This document shows positions 13,063-25,711 of a DNA stretch of 64,000 nucleotides, piece after piece. How positions within the stretch are numbered: position 1 is the first letter of the stretch; the number at the start of each line of letters is the position of its first letter. The DNA is from Sphyrna mokarran. Taxonomy: Eukaryota. The position numbers and the translations under genes were made by a program. The notes beneath the pieces were generated by a model that saw nothing but the letters and a program-made list of their open reading frames with translations, made no database searches and was not told the origin of the DNA. Where the stretch lies: positions 22,506,001 through 22,570,000 of the forward strand of contig JAGIQG010000029.1 of assembly GCA_024679065.1 (NCBI GenBank), read 5' to 3'.

Positions 13063-13207
13063 ATTTTAAGTGGATGAGCTTTCAGCAGATTCTAATGAAA
13101 GATTGTTGTTCTGGAATGTTAACAAGGAATATGGGAAGCACGCAGAGTGGTGAAGTCCTTTATCATATGATTCTTGGAACAGTGTCAAAGGGCAGTATAG
13201 TCTCCAT

Positions 13208-13327
13208 GGGTAGAATTTTCCCACCTGCCCACCACAGAAATCTTAGCAGGCGGGACAGAAAGTTTGGTGGACCATGCAAAGCTGTGTTGACCTCGGGAGG
13301 GAATTTCCAGCCTTGGAAATTCTGGCC
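13208..13327. mobile_element. Short MITE
   Basis: GGGTAGAATTTTCC..GGAAATTCTGGCC inverted ends. Confidence 0.6.
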
Positions 13328-14107
13328 ACCGAGTCTTCCCAGCATTTTCAGTTTCGCCTGAAAGTTAAGCAGGATCTGTGCAGTTGGGAGAAAAATCCTG
13401 TTGCCGGTCAAGATCATAAACTAATTCTGTATAAACATAAGAAAATCATCTGAATTAATCTATTTTTTAAAGATGGTGTGTGTAGCTTTTTTTGGACAAG
13501 TATTATGAAGACCTAAAACAATTGAAATTTGAAACATAAGTTGAATAGTAAATTAATTAAGTTAATTAAAGCCAATAAATGTTAGCGAGGTACAGGAACC
13601 CTTGAGTATAAATTGTCAATTCTGGTTATTGAGAGTCAAATGTGTTATTTTCGCCAAGCAAAGGGGGTTAAAGGTTAAGCATGTGAAGCATTATAAAGTA
13701 ACATCATTTACTAATTGAAACAATCTGCAATGCCTCCTGAGCCCCTGATACTCTCCAATCAGCTGCTCCTTGATGTATCATTTCCTGATGCTTCTTATTA
13801 TTTACAAAAACCATTTAAGCTCTGTTTTGAGTTCCCAAATATTTACACAAGTGATAAAATATCAGTGCTCTATCCAAAAGATGAGCTCAGCAATGATGCA
13901 AGTAATCGGAGAATATTTTGGGTAAAAGATGCACTCTTCTTCGAATTGAAATTCAATGATTTTAACTCTTCTGGCACCAAATATGGGCACCCTCGCAATA
14001 AGTTGGCATTTTTAATTCAGGAAGTGTATGACGAACTGGCCTGTTTTTGTTATTGCAATTCTGTGACTGGATTTATGCTATACTTTAGCAAGAGGTATAG
14101 TTGCGAA

Positions 14108-14570
14108 GTAAAGTTTGTCTATTAGCCACAAATAGACTTGTATTAACACTGCAACTAAGTTACCGTGAAAATTTCCTGGTTGTCAGATTCTGGCATCTGT
14201 TTGGATACACAGAGGGAGAATTTACTATGGCCAATGCACCTAACCAGCATGTCTTTCAGACTGGTAAAAGCAAATTACTCTGGATGCTGGAATTTGAAAG
14301 CAAAGAATTTGACAAAGGATCCTCTAGACTAGAAATGTCAGCTCTTTTCTCTCCTGACAGATGCTGCTGTGCCTGCTGAAATTTTCCTGCATTTTCTCTT
14401 TTGGTTTCCTCTTTCAGATTGTGATAGGAAACCAGAGCACCTGGAGGAAACCCACACAGACACGGGGAGAATGTGCAGTCTCCACACAGACAGTGACCCA
14501 AGTGGGTTATTGAATCCAGGTCTCTGGTATTGTGAGGCAAAGTGCTAACCACTATGCCACCGTGCTGCCC
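14108..14570 (-). mobile_element. HE1-like V-SINE, tail class B, interrupted at 14264-14409
   Basis: The SINE is continuous across the insert once the duplicated TCTTTCAGA(C/T)TG is removed. Confidence 0.85.
14264..14409 (+). mobile_element. Penelope-like short element (second family)
   Basis: GATGCTGGAAT..TTTGACAAAGGATC..GAAATGTCAGCTC..CAGATGCTGC..CCTGCTGA. 12-bp TSD at 14252-14263 / 14410-14421. Relatives at 9415-9505 and 23170-23290. Confidence 0.65.
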
Positions 14571-14576
14571 AAGTTG

Positions 14577-14803
14577 GGGGTTGGTTTAGCACTGTTGGAT
14601 GGACAGCTCATTAGTGATGCAGAACAATGCCAACAGTGCAGATTCAATTCCCGTACCGGCTGAGGTTATTCGTGAAGGCCCCACATTCTCAACATTTTCA
14701 CTCTTCTGAGATGTGGTGATTCTCAGGTTAACTCATCACCAGTCAGCTCTCCCTCTGAAAGAGGACAGCAACCTATGGTCATCTGCGTCTAGGGTGACTT
14801 TAG
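14577..14803 (+). mobile_element. tRNA-derived SINE, non-HE1 family
   Basis: GGTTTAGCAC A-box-like and GATTCAATTCCC B-box-like head, a distinct body, ends GGTGACTTTAG. Confidence 0.65.
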
Positions 14804-15367
14804 TTAGAAATGGTATTAGGATCTTTAAATTGACACCATTAAAGTGATGGAACGTTTATGGCCCTGCCAATAGGAATTCTAACACTTCACACACAGCTAC
14901 TAATGTTTGACTTCAGACCAACCATTCCTCATTGAAATAGAAGTGATTTTGTGAAGGCTTTTCCACAATCACCTATATTTTTCAGGAACAACTATTCCCC
15001 CTCAATTGCTTCCTCAATTCCATCTCCTATTTTCAAACATTTGGAGAACATGCTGCATTTTGTGTGGGCTTCCTCAAGTGCACTAACCAAACTGCTCCCT
15101 TTTTCTACTTACAGGTGACACCACTCTGGATTTAGTGTGTTAGCATCATAGAAAGATTTAGGGTAGAAAGAGGCCATTCAGCCCATTGAGCCTATACTGG
15201 CCACAATCCCATCCAGGCCCTATCCCCATGCATTTACCTTAGCTAGTCCCCTTGACACTAAGGGGCAATTCAGCTTGGCATAAAAAGTGTATTTATACTG
15301 CTACCTCCTTCTATACACTAGAGAAACTGAGATAAGAGAAAAATTGACACACATGTTCCAATTATAT

Positions 15368-15697
15368 TCAAAGAATCCATACAGTGCAGAAGGAGGCCAT
15401 TTGGCCCATCAGATTCTCCAACAGAACATCTCACACAGGCCCTACCCCATAACCCATGCATTTACCCCACTGATCCCCATAATCTTTACATCTTGTATCA
15501 TTAAGGGGAATTTAGCACAGCCAATCTATCTAACCTGCACATCTTTGGATATTGGGTGGAAACCGAAGTACCCGAAGCTGGACAAGCATAGGGAGAATGT
15601 GCAAAGTCCATATAGATAATCAGCTGAGGCCGGATTAGAACCTAGGTCCCTGACGTTGTGAGAAAGCGGTGCTAATCACTGTGCCACCACGCTGCTC
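15368..15697 (-). mobile_element. HE1-like V-SINE, tail class A (an extra tail fragment lies at 15146-15280)
   Basis: Full copy. Confidence 0.85.
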
Positions 15698-15957
15698 TTT
15701 GAAGTAGTTTGATGAGCTAAATAGAGGAAAGCTATTTCCACTAGTTAGTGAGTCAGTAACTAGAGAATATAAATTTAATAGTATTAAAGGTAAAGATAAA
15801 GTAAGAGATGAGGAAACAAGATCACAATAAAGCAATGACAATGACCTAAAGGACCATGCTTTGTTCTTTGAAGTTTAATGATTTTAGAATAGGACACAAA
15901 AAAAGGTCACTTTCCCATTGAGTCATTGACTCATATATTCACTGCATCCTCAACTCT

Positions 15958-16277
15958 GGTGGCATGGTGGCACAGTGGTTTGCACTGCTGTCTCACAGCG
16001 CCAGGGACCCAGGTTCAATTCTGCTCTCGGATCATTGTCTGTATGGAGTTTGCACATTCTCCCCATCTCTGTGTGTGTTTCCTCCAAGTGCTCCGGTTTC
16101 CTCCCAAAGTGCAAAGATGTGTGGGTTAGGTTGACTGGTCATGCTAAATTCATCATTGTATCAGGGGATTAGCAGAGTAAATATGCGGGGTCACAGGGAT
16201 AGGAATTGATGGGATTGTGGTCAGTGCAGACTCGGTGGGCCAAATGCTCTCCTTCTACACTGTAGGAATTCTATGAA
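15958..16277 (+). mobile_element. HE1-like V-SINE, tail class A
   Basis: Well-preserved full copy ending TGTAGGAATTCTATGA. Confidence 0.92.
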
Positions 16278-17152
16278 TTCACTTCGTCCCAGTCACTCTT
16301 CTTTCCCCATATCCCTGCAATGTTTTCTACTTCAAGTATTTATCTAATTCTGTTTTGGAGAAACTAAATCTCTTTCCATCACTCTATCAGGCAGTAATGG
16401 CTGAATCTTAACCACTCATTACATAAAAATGTCTTCATGTCAGGGCAGGATCTAAAGACACCGGCAAGACCAACTCTACAGGAATTGGAGTGCCATTTAA
16501 AACTAACCAAACCAACGCTCACCTCAAATTTTAAGATCCCCCTTAACTATCATCATGGGCATCAGAGCCCTCTGCTCCCAACAATCCAGCTATTTGCCCA
16601 CATTCATCAATGCCTGCCACATAATAGAAAGCTCCCAGTGGAGTTCCACTGAGGCCCAGTCCCATGTCACCCTTTGCCTCGCCTCTGGCATTGCCAGGGG
16701 GCCACGTGACATCACCTGGATGTTATACCCACTTCCAAACCCCTAAACTGGGGTTTAGGGGTTTGGAAACCCTTTTGGAAACATATTGGGAACCAGGGGA
16801 GCTATAGTGTAAAGCCGTTCCCTCATATTTAAATATATTTAAATTGATGGAAATTAGGTCCATGCCTTCAAGAGTTCTTCCCAGTGTAAATCCTGTTGTG
16901 GCCGTCTCATGGGAGTTAGTTAGCATCACGGAATTCATGCCCACGGTGAACAGAACTGGAAAATCACCCCCATGCCTTTATATATAAAGTCCAGGATCCA
17001 AAATGCTTATTAACTGCTTTGTTAATTTGTCCTTTCACGTTCAGGATTTGTATATAAACAACACCAGGGTTCCCTGTTCTTGCACTCCCTTTAGCCGTTT
17101 AGTTTGCACCTAGTCTTTTTATTGTTCCTACTAAAATATGTCACTTGATCAG

Positions 17153-17452
17153 CAGTGCAGAAAGAAGCCATTCAGCCCATCCAATCCATACTGACCACAA
17201 TCCCATCCAGGCTCTATTCCCGTAACCCCTCATACTTACCCTATTAATCCTCCCGACACTAGGATTGATTGAGCATGGCCAATCAATCTAACCCTCATAT
17301 CTTTTCACTGTGGGAGGAAACCAGAGCACACGGAGGAAATCCGCACAGACATGGGGAGATTATAAAAGCTCCACATAGACAGCGACCTGAGGTCGGAATC
17401 ACACCGAGGTCCCCGGCGCTGTGAGGTAGCAGTGCTAACCACTGTGCCACCC
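17153..17452 (-). mobile_element. HE1-like V-SINE, tail class A
   Basis: Near full copy. Confidence 0.9.
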
Positions 17453-18438
17453 AAATTATTAGTTCAATTGAATTGTTTGTTCTATGGTGGTAATTGTCAA
17501 GTGCCAAATATCCGCTGTGCATCTGTAACCCACTTAAAATGTCAACAATAAATGAAACTATCTACAATTACTGGTACTCACTTTGAACTAAGTTCCAGTA
17601 GCTTCTGATCTTCTGAACTCCAGGTAATGCAGAAGCAGCATCAGTGAGCATGAATTGCAAAAGGGTATGAAAAGTACATTTAAGGAGTCAGCAGTTGAAA
17701 ATCCATGGACTCAACCAAATGACATTCTTCAAGTGATGATCAAGGTAAAACAGACTTCAGCTCGAGTGAGGCAAATTTGAAACAGATTCCAAACATGGCT
17801 TACGGGTATCAAAGAACACATTTGAGGAAAAGTAAATGGTAACAGCTGAATGAAAAATCGCAATGGAATGTTAAAACTCATTACTCACTTCCTTTTTATT
17901 TCATTAATTTATTAAGTAAATACTGTAGAGTGCTCCGGTTACTTCTTGTGCTCGCATTTTCAAACAAGTTCTGATTTTATCTCCCAAACTTATTTGATGG
18001 GATAATTTCAGAAGAGCCCTCATTTTCATCAGCAAATCTTTACCCAACAATTCGCCCAGAAGTCCATTCAAAGGCAAACAATTGATCTTATGCAAGAAAA
18101 GTTGGTCAAATTTCAAATACAGGGTTGGCTGTTTATTTCATTTACTTAATGATCAGACTGTGCTTTCTGAGCAAAAGATTAAAATGGCATGTCACCATTG
18201 ACTTAATCAATTGAGGCCTTTAGCATTTAAAAAGTTTGGTATGTCTGTGCAAACGACCTTAACTCAATTAGGTGATGAGTCCATGTCTGGTAGCTGTCTT
18301 TGTATTTCTGAAAACTGGTTTGTGTATCCTCTGCTGTTTTGGTGCAAATTCTGAGTATTGCTTATATAGTGCATAATGTAGGCAACTGTGTTTACATATT
18401 GAGTATGATTAGGCTTGATTCACCTTAATATTAATTAC

Positions 18439-18745
18439 GGTATGGTAGCACAGTGGTTAACACTGCTGCATCACAGTGCCAGGGACCGAGTTCAATTTTG
18501 GCCTTGGGTCACTGTTTGTGTGGAGTTTGCACGTTCTCCCCATGTCTGTGTGTGTGTTTCTTCTGGGTTCTCTGGTTTCTTCCCACAGCTCAAAAACATG
18601 CAGTTTAGGTTGATTGGCCATGCTAAATTGCTCCTTAGTGTCAGGGGGATTAGCAGGGTAATTACATGGAGTTACGGGAATAGGGTGGGATTGTTGGCAG
18701 TGCAGACCCAAATGACTTCTTTTTGTACTATAAGAATTCTATGAT
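18439..18745 (+). mobile_element. HE1-like V-SINE, tail class A
   Basis: Full copy. Confidence 0.9.
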
Positions 18746-19036
18746 TATTGCAAATCATTATAAATTTTTCCTTATTATTAGACTTTTCTCTCCCAAACTC
18801 TGTAGCAGCTCCCAATAGCATGAGACTGCAAAACCTCCCCAACAATTGCTATTCTACTGTGGTGTATTGACATTTTGAAAGCTGAACCACAGGACATCCC
18901 TTTGCAATTCACATCAACTTCTTTCTTCATATTATTTACAGTACAAAATCAAAATAAGTTTTCAATTGGATAATTCTTACTTACATAGTGGCAACTATGT
19001 TGCTGACATTTGATTGTTCAATCACAGTGCAATTTT

Positions 19037-19337
19037 CATCATAGATTCCTTATAGTGCAGAAGTAGGCCATTCAGCCCATCGGGTCAGCATTGACAACAA
19101 TCCCATCCAGGTTTTATCCGCGAAAGTCCACACATTTATCCTAACACTAAGGGGCAATTTACCATGACCAATCCACCAAACTCACACATCTTTGGACTGT
19201 GGAAAAAAAACCAGAGCACCTGGAGGAAACCCACGCAGACATGGGGGAACGTGCAAACTTCGCACAGTCACCCAAGGCTGGAATTGAATCCTGGTCCCTG
19301 GTGCTGTGAGACGGCAGTGCTAACCACAGTGCTGCCC
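19037..19337 (-). mobile_element. HE1-like V-SINE, tail class A
   Basis: Full copy. Confidence 0.9.
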
Positions 19338-19754
19338 AATGCCTCATGCCACTAAGAGCGTAGAGCAACATGGGTGTGGTTAATTACCCCCTTGGATGTT
19401 TCAGAATCTTATTTAGAAGATTTTCACAGTAGCTTCATTGCAGTATTAAGATGAGCCTACTTGTGAAACTAATAAGAAAAATTAAAACTTAAACTTAATT
19501 TTTGCAATTGACTAATGGAACCAAATGGCCAAAACCTTATTTTTCTCCAAATTCCTTATATCTATACTTATCTACAAAAAAAATGTACAGTGGCTATTAT
19601 TTTCTGTCCTGTTATATTCCCCACTTTATATTTCAGTTGTGATACCTCAATTACTTAAGTTCCTTCATTTGATAAAGGGAGTTCAAAATCATGAGAGGTC
19701 TAACACAGTGGATGAGGAGAAATTAAAGGAAGAATTTTCCAAAGAAATGGCAAA

Positions 19755-19888
19755 GGCTGGAATTCTCCTATCTTGTCTGTGGCTGGGATTATCCAGTCCC
19801 AGTGCTGTGCAGAGATTTGGCTGAACGCCAAATTCTCCGTGATCGCTGGCAGTGGTAGTGGGGTGAGTGAGGCCAGAGAATTCTAACT
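19755..19888. mobile_element. Short MITE
   Basis: GGCTGGAATTCTCC..AGAGAATTCTAAC ends. The internal TTTGGCTGAACGCCAAATTCTCC is the reverse complement of the core at 31030 and 34690. Confidence 0.6.
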
Positions 19889-21034
19889 AAGACGTCATTT
19901 TTAGTTAGAAAATCAGTACAGTTCCTGTCGACCCCAGCAGTGTAATCTGCACCACAATTTCCAGGCACTTTGAAAAATATGTTTTCCCCCCACGTGTGAA
20001 ATACTACAATTTCCACTCCTCCAAGTCTTCATCAGTAAAACGGTCACGTCGCTGCTGTGTCAAATAGGACCTCCACCATACGGGAGACACTCTGAGGACT
20101 TTACTCACTGGTCTCCCATCCCTCATAGTCAGGGTCTACTGTCCAACTTGTAGACTAATGAATCTTCAGTGGCAGGTACTGGGATCCAGCACTTATACAG
20201 ACACAAGGCGGGGCTTTACAGCCTTGTTCGTTTCGAAACAGTAAAACCCCGATCCCGTGCTCCGCGTTTCGCTTGCTCCCATTCCCATGACCGGTACAAT
20301 TTTGGCCACAAAGTCTCTCAATCCCATGCACCAAGTGTCTTTGAACTAGGAGTTATCACCTCTATCCTTGACTTTGAGATAATGGGCACCTGACATCATT
20401 CAGTATTAATTCTTGATGGTGAATTAATTTGATGAGCTTGAGTCTCAGGGATGTTAGAGGCATAATTATTCTCTGTATCAGAGATGGGCAAGACTAATAG
20501 GCACTGTTTTTATTCAGGCTGCATAATTCAGCAATCCGTCCGACCTTTACACTTAAGACTCCTGAACAGTTACTGCATTCAGTTTTATTGCCCCTTCTTC
20601 TGGCAATCTCTTTGGGGTTTCATCCATGCAACCGCTTAGCCTGACCGCTTTACTCTCATCCCACCCTAGCCCCCAATCACATGTGTCCCCACCTACAACC
20701 ACTCCACCTCCCATGCCATAATCAACTAACACAGCACTTCATTAACCTTTGAAGCAAGAGAGACAGCAGGCTTCAGGACAGCACACACCAGCCACGACAT
20801 CCAATCTGAAAGTTCTGCTTCCTGGTACTAAGCGGAGAGAGGTGCTGACCTCCTTCCTCCCTCTCGAAAATCTGGTTCCAGTAGTAATTCATGCTTGCAT
20901 GTCATCATGCTTGGTGGATGGGAAGATTCAATGAAGTCTAAAGATTCAACTTTAACCTCACTGAGTACATCATGATGCATTCAAATTGATGCAAATCAGG
21001 TTCGCAGAAGGGTGAGAAAGGGTGCTTAAGTGAG

Positions 21035-21368
21035 ACCATAAGATATAAGAGCAGAATGAGGCCATTCAGCCCATCAAGTCTGCTCTGCCATTCAATCATG
21101 GCCGATAAGTTCTTCAAGTCTATTCTCCCACCTTTTCCCTATAACCTTTGATTCCCTTACCAATCAGGAACTTCTGTCTTGAAAATACTCAACAGCCCAT
21201 TGTGGCAATGAATTCTATAGATTCACCACCCTCTGGCTGAAGAAATTCTGCCTCATCTTGGTTCTAAAGATCATCCCTTTATTCTGAGGCTGTGCCCTCA
21301 GATTCCAGTCTCACCCAGTAATGAAAACACTTTCCCCATGCCCACTCTATCCAGGCCAATCAGTATTC
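21035..21368 (-). mobile_element. CR1 LINE 3' end
   Basis: ACCATAAGATATAAGAGCAG tail, and TTCACCACCCTCTG..GAAGAAATT (FF.QRVV motif on minus strand). Confidence 0.85.
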
Positions 21369-22056
21369 TAAGTGGGAGACAAGGGGCTGGATTTTAACTT
21401 ACTTAAGGCGGATTCAGTTTCACAGAGTTAAAATTAGACCCAAGCTAAGGGGTTTTATTGAATGAATTTGAATCCGACTAAACAATCTGTGCATTACTTA
21501 TTGTCCATGTAAAGAATAAAGAGCTCTATTTTAAAACATACTGCTTTAAGTGCTGAAACCTGAGAACATCAGGCCTAAGTACTTTAACTATTATAGGGCC
21601 ATAAATATTACTTAATGATGTTCCACAGAAACACTACAGACTGTAGTTAATGATTTCCTGAAATCTTAAAAGTTTATTTTCCAAACACTTTGATGAACTT
21701 TGCAAAAAATGCATTTTCTGTTTGTGCAATACTAACAAGATGCACTGATCCATACGAGAATCTAATGGTCATGTGTCACAAATACAAACAGGCAATTTGT
21801 TCCAGCTAATGTAAGATCTGTGCAAATTAGTGAACTAAAATATCTGTTAAAAATCATGATTCAATGAAAAATGTTTGCTTTTGGATTACAACTTTTATTC
21901 AATTAACTAAAAGTTGTAAACTCCAATTTTTAAAGTTGCTACAAGCTCGAATTTATTATGACCTTTCCTGAATTAAGACTGGTTGACAGCCTTCAGAGAG
22001 AAAAATAATATTCAGTGATTCTGCCAATTTGTTCAGCATTGGAGCCACTGAAACAT

Positions 22057-22356
22057 CACATGGTGGTACAATGGTTAGCACTGCTACCTACCTGCACCCA
22101 GGAACTGGATTCAATTCCTCAGGTCACTTCCTTGGGAGTCTGCATGTTTTCTCTCTGCCTGCACAGGTTTCCTCCGAATGCTCTGGTTTCCCCCCACAGA
22201 GCAAAGATGTGCAGGTTAGGTTGATTGGCCATGGTCAACTTCCTCTCAATGTCAGGGAGATTAGCAGGGTAAATATGTGAGGTTATGGGGATAGGGCCTG
22301 GATGGGATTGTTGTATAATTGATGGACCAAATGGCCTCTCACTCTGCACTGTAGGT
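22057..22356 (+). mobile_element. HE1-like V-SINE, tail class A
   Basis: Head, V-domain and tail recognisable. Confidence 0.85.
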
Positions 22357-23690
22357 TTTTTTTTTCCCCAAGTCCCCACTAATCCTCCTGCCTACATGCC
22401 CCTCAGCCAAGGGAAGCAGTTCTTTCCTGTCTACCTTATCTAGTCTCCCATAAAATTGTACATCCCAGTTCAGGCACCCGTTAGCCTTCTCTGCTCTAAA
22501 GAAAATACCCTAGTATGTCCAATTCTTTCTCGTTGCTGCAATTTTCGAGCCCTGGTAACATTCTGAGGGGACTTTTTAATTTTAGTTCCGAGGAGGTGAT
22601 TTCACACTGCAGATTCCTCCACACAATGCAGAAAACTAGGTAGTCTTTTTTCCATTGTGTTTACTCTGCTTTTGTTGATTTGATTTATTATTGTCACATG
22701 TATTGGGAAGCAGTGAAAAGTATTGTTTCTTGTGTGCTGTACAGGCAATGCATACGTTCATTGAGTGTGTAGGTGAGAAGGAGAGGGTGCAGAATATAGC
22801 ATTAGACAAATTTGCCATCAGTTGAATAATAAAAGCCATATTAATGTCTTTCACAAATTTAAAAATTTCTGACAGGATTAAGTGGATGAGGAATGTTCTT
22901 TGTCTAATGGCTATGAGGATTTAAAAATGAAGGCTGAAATCTTTTGGTTGTTCCTGCTGACAGGATCTTTTGGTCCCACCTATAGTGACCCCACCCATGC
23001 TCCCGCCTCAGATTCCCTGGCAACAATAACAATCTGATTCTGAGTCATCATAAAACAATAAAACAGAACTGCCTCTAATTCAGCAGACACTGATACCAAT
23101 ATGGCAAATTTAATCCACATGGAGTGAACTGAAAATAAATAACATATTGGTGTGACAGAGACTGATCTGAGCAAACTACTGCAGATGCTGGAATCGAAAA
23201 CATAAACAGAAAATGTTCAAAAATCTTAGCAGGTCTGACAGAATCTGTGGAGAGAGAATAGAGCCAATGTTTCCAGCCTAGATGATCCAGATTTGAAACA
23301 TTACTGTTATTCTCTCTCAAGAGATTGATCTGAGATTGGGGCACATTGTTAGAAAATCAGCAGGGGAGTTTCTCTTTGGTTTTTTGATGTCTTGCTGGTC
23401 ACACTGGGTGGTCAAAATGGAAAGTGTCAATTCCCGGGCACTCATAACTTCTTATCTTAGTGAAAGCCAAAGCTCTCAGAATGAAAAAAATCAACACTGT
23501 TTTCATGAATGTTTCTGAATCTCAGTTTTGTTATTTAAAATTGTTAAAGCGTAAACAGCCTCTTAAGTAATTATTTTGGAAAACTTCTGACACGTTTGAA
23601 TTTCATGTCAACAAATAAGTCATAGTCCTTTTTAAGTTTATTATTTATACCATACTCTCAAAAATAGATACAGACAGAATTACAGAATGG

Positions 23691-23997
23691 TTTAAGTTTA
23701 GTTTATTTATTGTTGTCATAAATAGGCTTACGTTAACACTGCAATGAAGTTACTGTGAAAACCCCCTAGTTGCCACACTCCGGTGCCTGTTCGGATACAC
23801 AGTGGGAGAATTTAGCATGGCTAATGCTCTTAACCAGCATGTCTTTCAGAGTGCTGGAGGAAATTGGAGCACCTGGAGGAAACCCACACAGACACGAGGA
23901 GGACGTGCAAACTCTGCACAGTGAGTGACCCATGCCAAGAATCAAACCCGGGCCCCTTTGAATCATCAGTGCTAACCACTGTGCCATTGTGTCATCC
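23691..23997 (-). mobile_element. HE1-like V-SINE, tail class B
   Basis: Full copy. Confidence 0.9.
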
Positions 23998-24136
23998 ACA
24001 AGAACAAACTACCTCTAATGATTCCATAAAGGTAGAGCATGATGTTCAGGCCCTGGCATAAGAAATTAATCATAGTGGATGTGGAGACCTAGTCAAAGGA
24101 TCATTGACTTCGGCATGACTGGAAAATTACTGGCTG

Positions 24137-24637
24137 GTGCTGGAAAATCCTAACTTTAAGCTTATCCAAAGCTCTTCTTATATTTTAAATCACATTCAGT
24201 CCCGTTCATCTATTATCTCTCTGTTCACTAGTCTACATTGGCAAAATCTTGATTTTGAAAGGATCATCCTTGTTTTAAAAGCCCTGAAAAGCCAAACTCT
24301 CCCTTGTCCTAGGATGTCTTTCAAGTCTCCACCCTCCAGGAACTCATCAACCTTCCAATTCTGCCTTCTTGCATGCTACTTATTTTCATCACACCTGGTT
24401 ACAACTTCAGCAACTTATATCCTAAGTTGTGGAATTCCTTCACCAAAACACTCTGCCTTGCTATCTTTTTGCTCTTTCATTGAGATGCTCCTTAAAGTTT
24501 GCCTCCATGAACATGTTTCAATCATCTGCACCAAAACAGCTTATCTGATACTGTGTCAACTGTTGCTTTAGAATGGTCATTTTGGGAGTGCCTTGGACTT
24601 TTACATTAAAGGTGCTATATAAAGGCAAGTTATTGTA
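24137..24637 (+). mobile_element. L2-clade LINE 3' end
   Basis: Decayed IQSS..SRSSIISLFTSLHW..LDFERIILVLKAL (L2 C-terminal LHWLP..FKI motif) and the tail GGTGCTATATAAAGGCAAGTTATTG. Confidence 0.75.
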
Positions 24638-24728
24638 GCATCAAATCAACCTATGTAGTGTCTAACTAAAACATTTTCTGGAATGCTAAGTTGCTTCCAG
24701 TTGAGAATCTAGTTGGCTGATTTTGGTT

Positions 24729-25056
24729 GGGCAGCATGGAGGCACAGCGATTAGCATTGCTGCCTCAGAGCGTTGGGGACTTGTGTTCGATTCTGATCTT
24801 GGGTGACTGCAGAGTTTGCATGTTCTTCCTGAGTCTGTGTGGGTTTAATCCAGCTGCCCCAGTTTCCTCCCACAGTCCAAAGATGTGCAAGTTAGGTGGA
24901 TTAGCCATGGTAAAATTCCTCTTAGTGTCCCAAGATGTATTGGTTAGATGGATTAGCCATAGTAAATGTGCAGGGTCTGAGTAAGTTATTCTGTCAGAGA
25001 GTTGGTGCCGACACTTTGGGCCAAGTGGCCTCTTCTGCACTGTAAGAATTCTGTGA
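24729..25056 (+). mobile_element. HE1-like V-SINE, class A variant with duplicated GTTAG.TGGATTAGCCAT block
   Basis: The block occurs at ~24891 and ~24943. The same variant occurs at 61385-61935. Confidence 0.85.
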
Positions 25057-25711
25057 AGAGAATGCATTTGGTGTATTTGATTCAATGTTAATTTATTTTT
25101 ATGTTTTATTTGTGAGTGGAACTGCATAGTTCTCAACAAAGTGAAGTATCACAACACAACCTTTAGCCACAAGTACTAACGATTACTGAACAAACAGTTG
25201 CAACTTGCTGTTAATCTGTTCACCAGCAGCAGGGCTCTGCTGGTGGTTGTTAAAACAATGTCTGCCCTCGACATATGAATTAGATGTTGTTCCAATCTAT
25301 ATATTACGTATGTTTGTGCAAGTCAAGTACTTGCAGAAGTTATAACCAATATAAGTGATGAGCAAGCAATATAATTTATTGTGCTGTAAAAGGCCAAAGA
25401 GAGGATAACACTTTTGTGAGTATTGCAGGCTTGCATTTCTTAGTGATTTCTTTACTCAATAGTCTAACAATGGATCTCAAAATAAACCTTATTTATTATA
25501 TCCAGATGTAGTATCTTTCCTGTAATCTATCTTGCAAAGCTACACACTATGGGGATTAATAATAACAATATTAGCGGCAATTAGTTCATTGAATGTAGTC
25601 TTATGTGAAGTATTAAAACTTTCTTCAAATTAATGTGTTCTACTCAGATTTCGTGGCCTACAAACAAACACAACTTCTTACGGTTAAATAAAGTATAAAA
25701 TGCAAAGTTGC

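Noticed and set aside
13715-14125. 136-aa ORF
   Set aside because: Non-ATG start, no recognisable domain or splice context, and it runs into a SINE.
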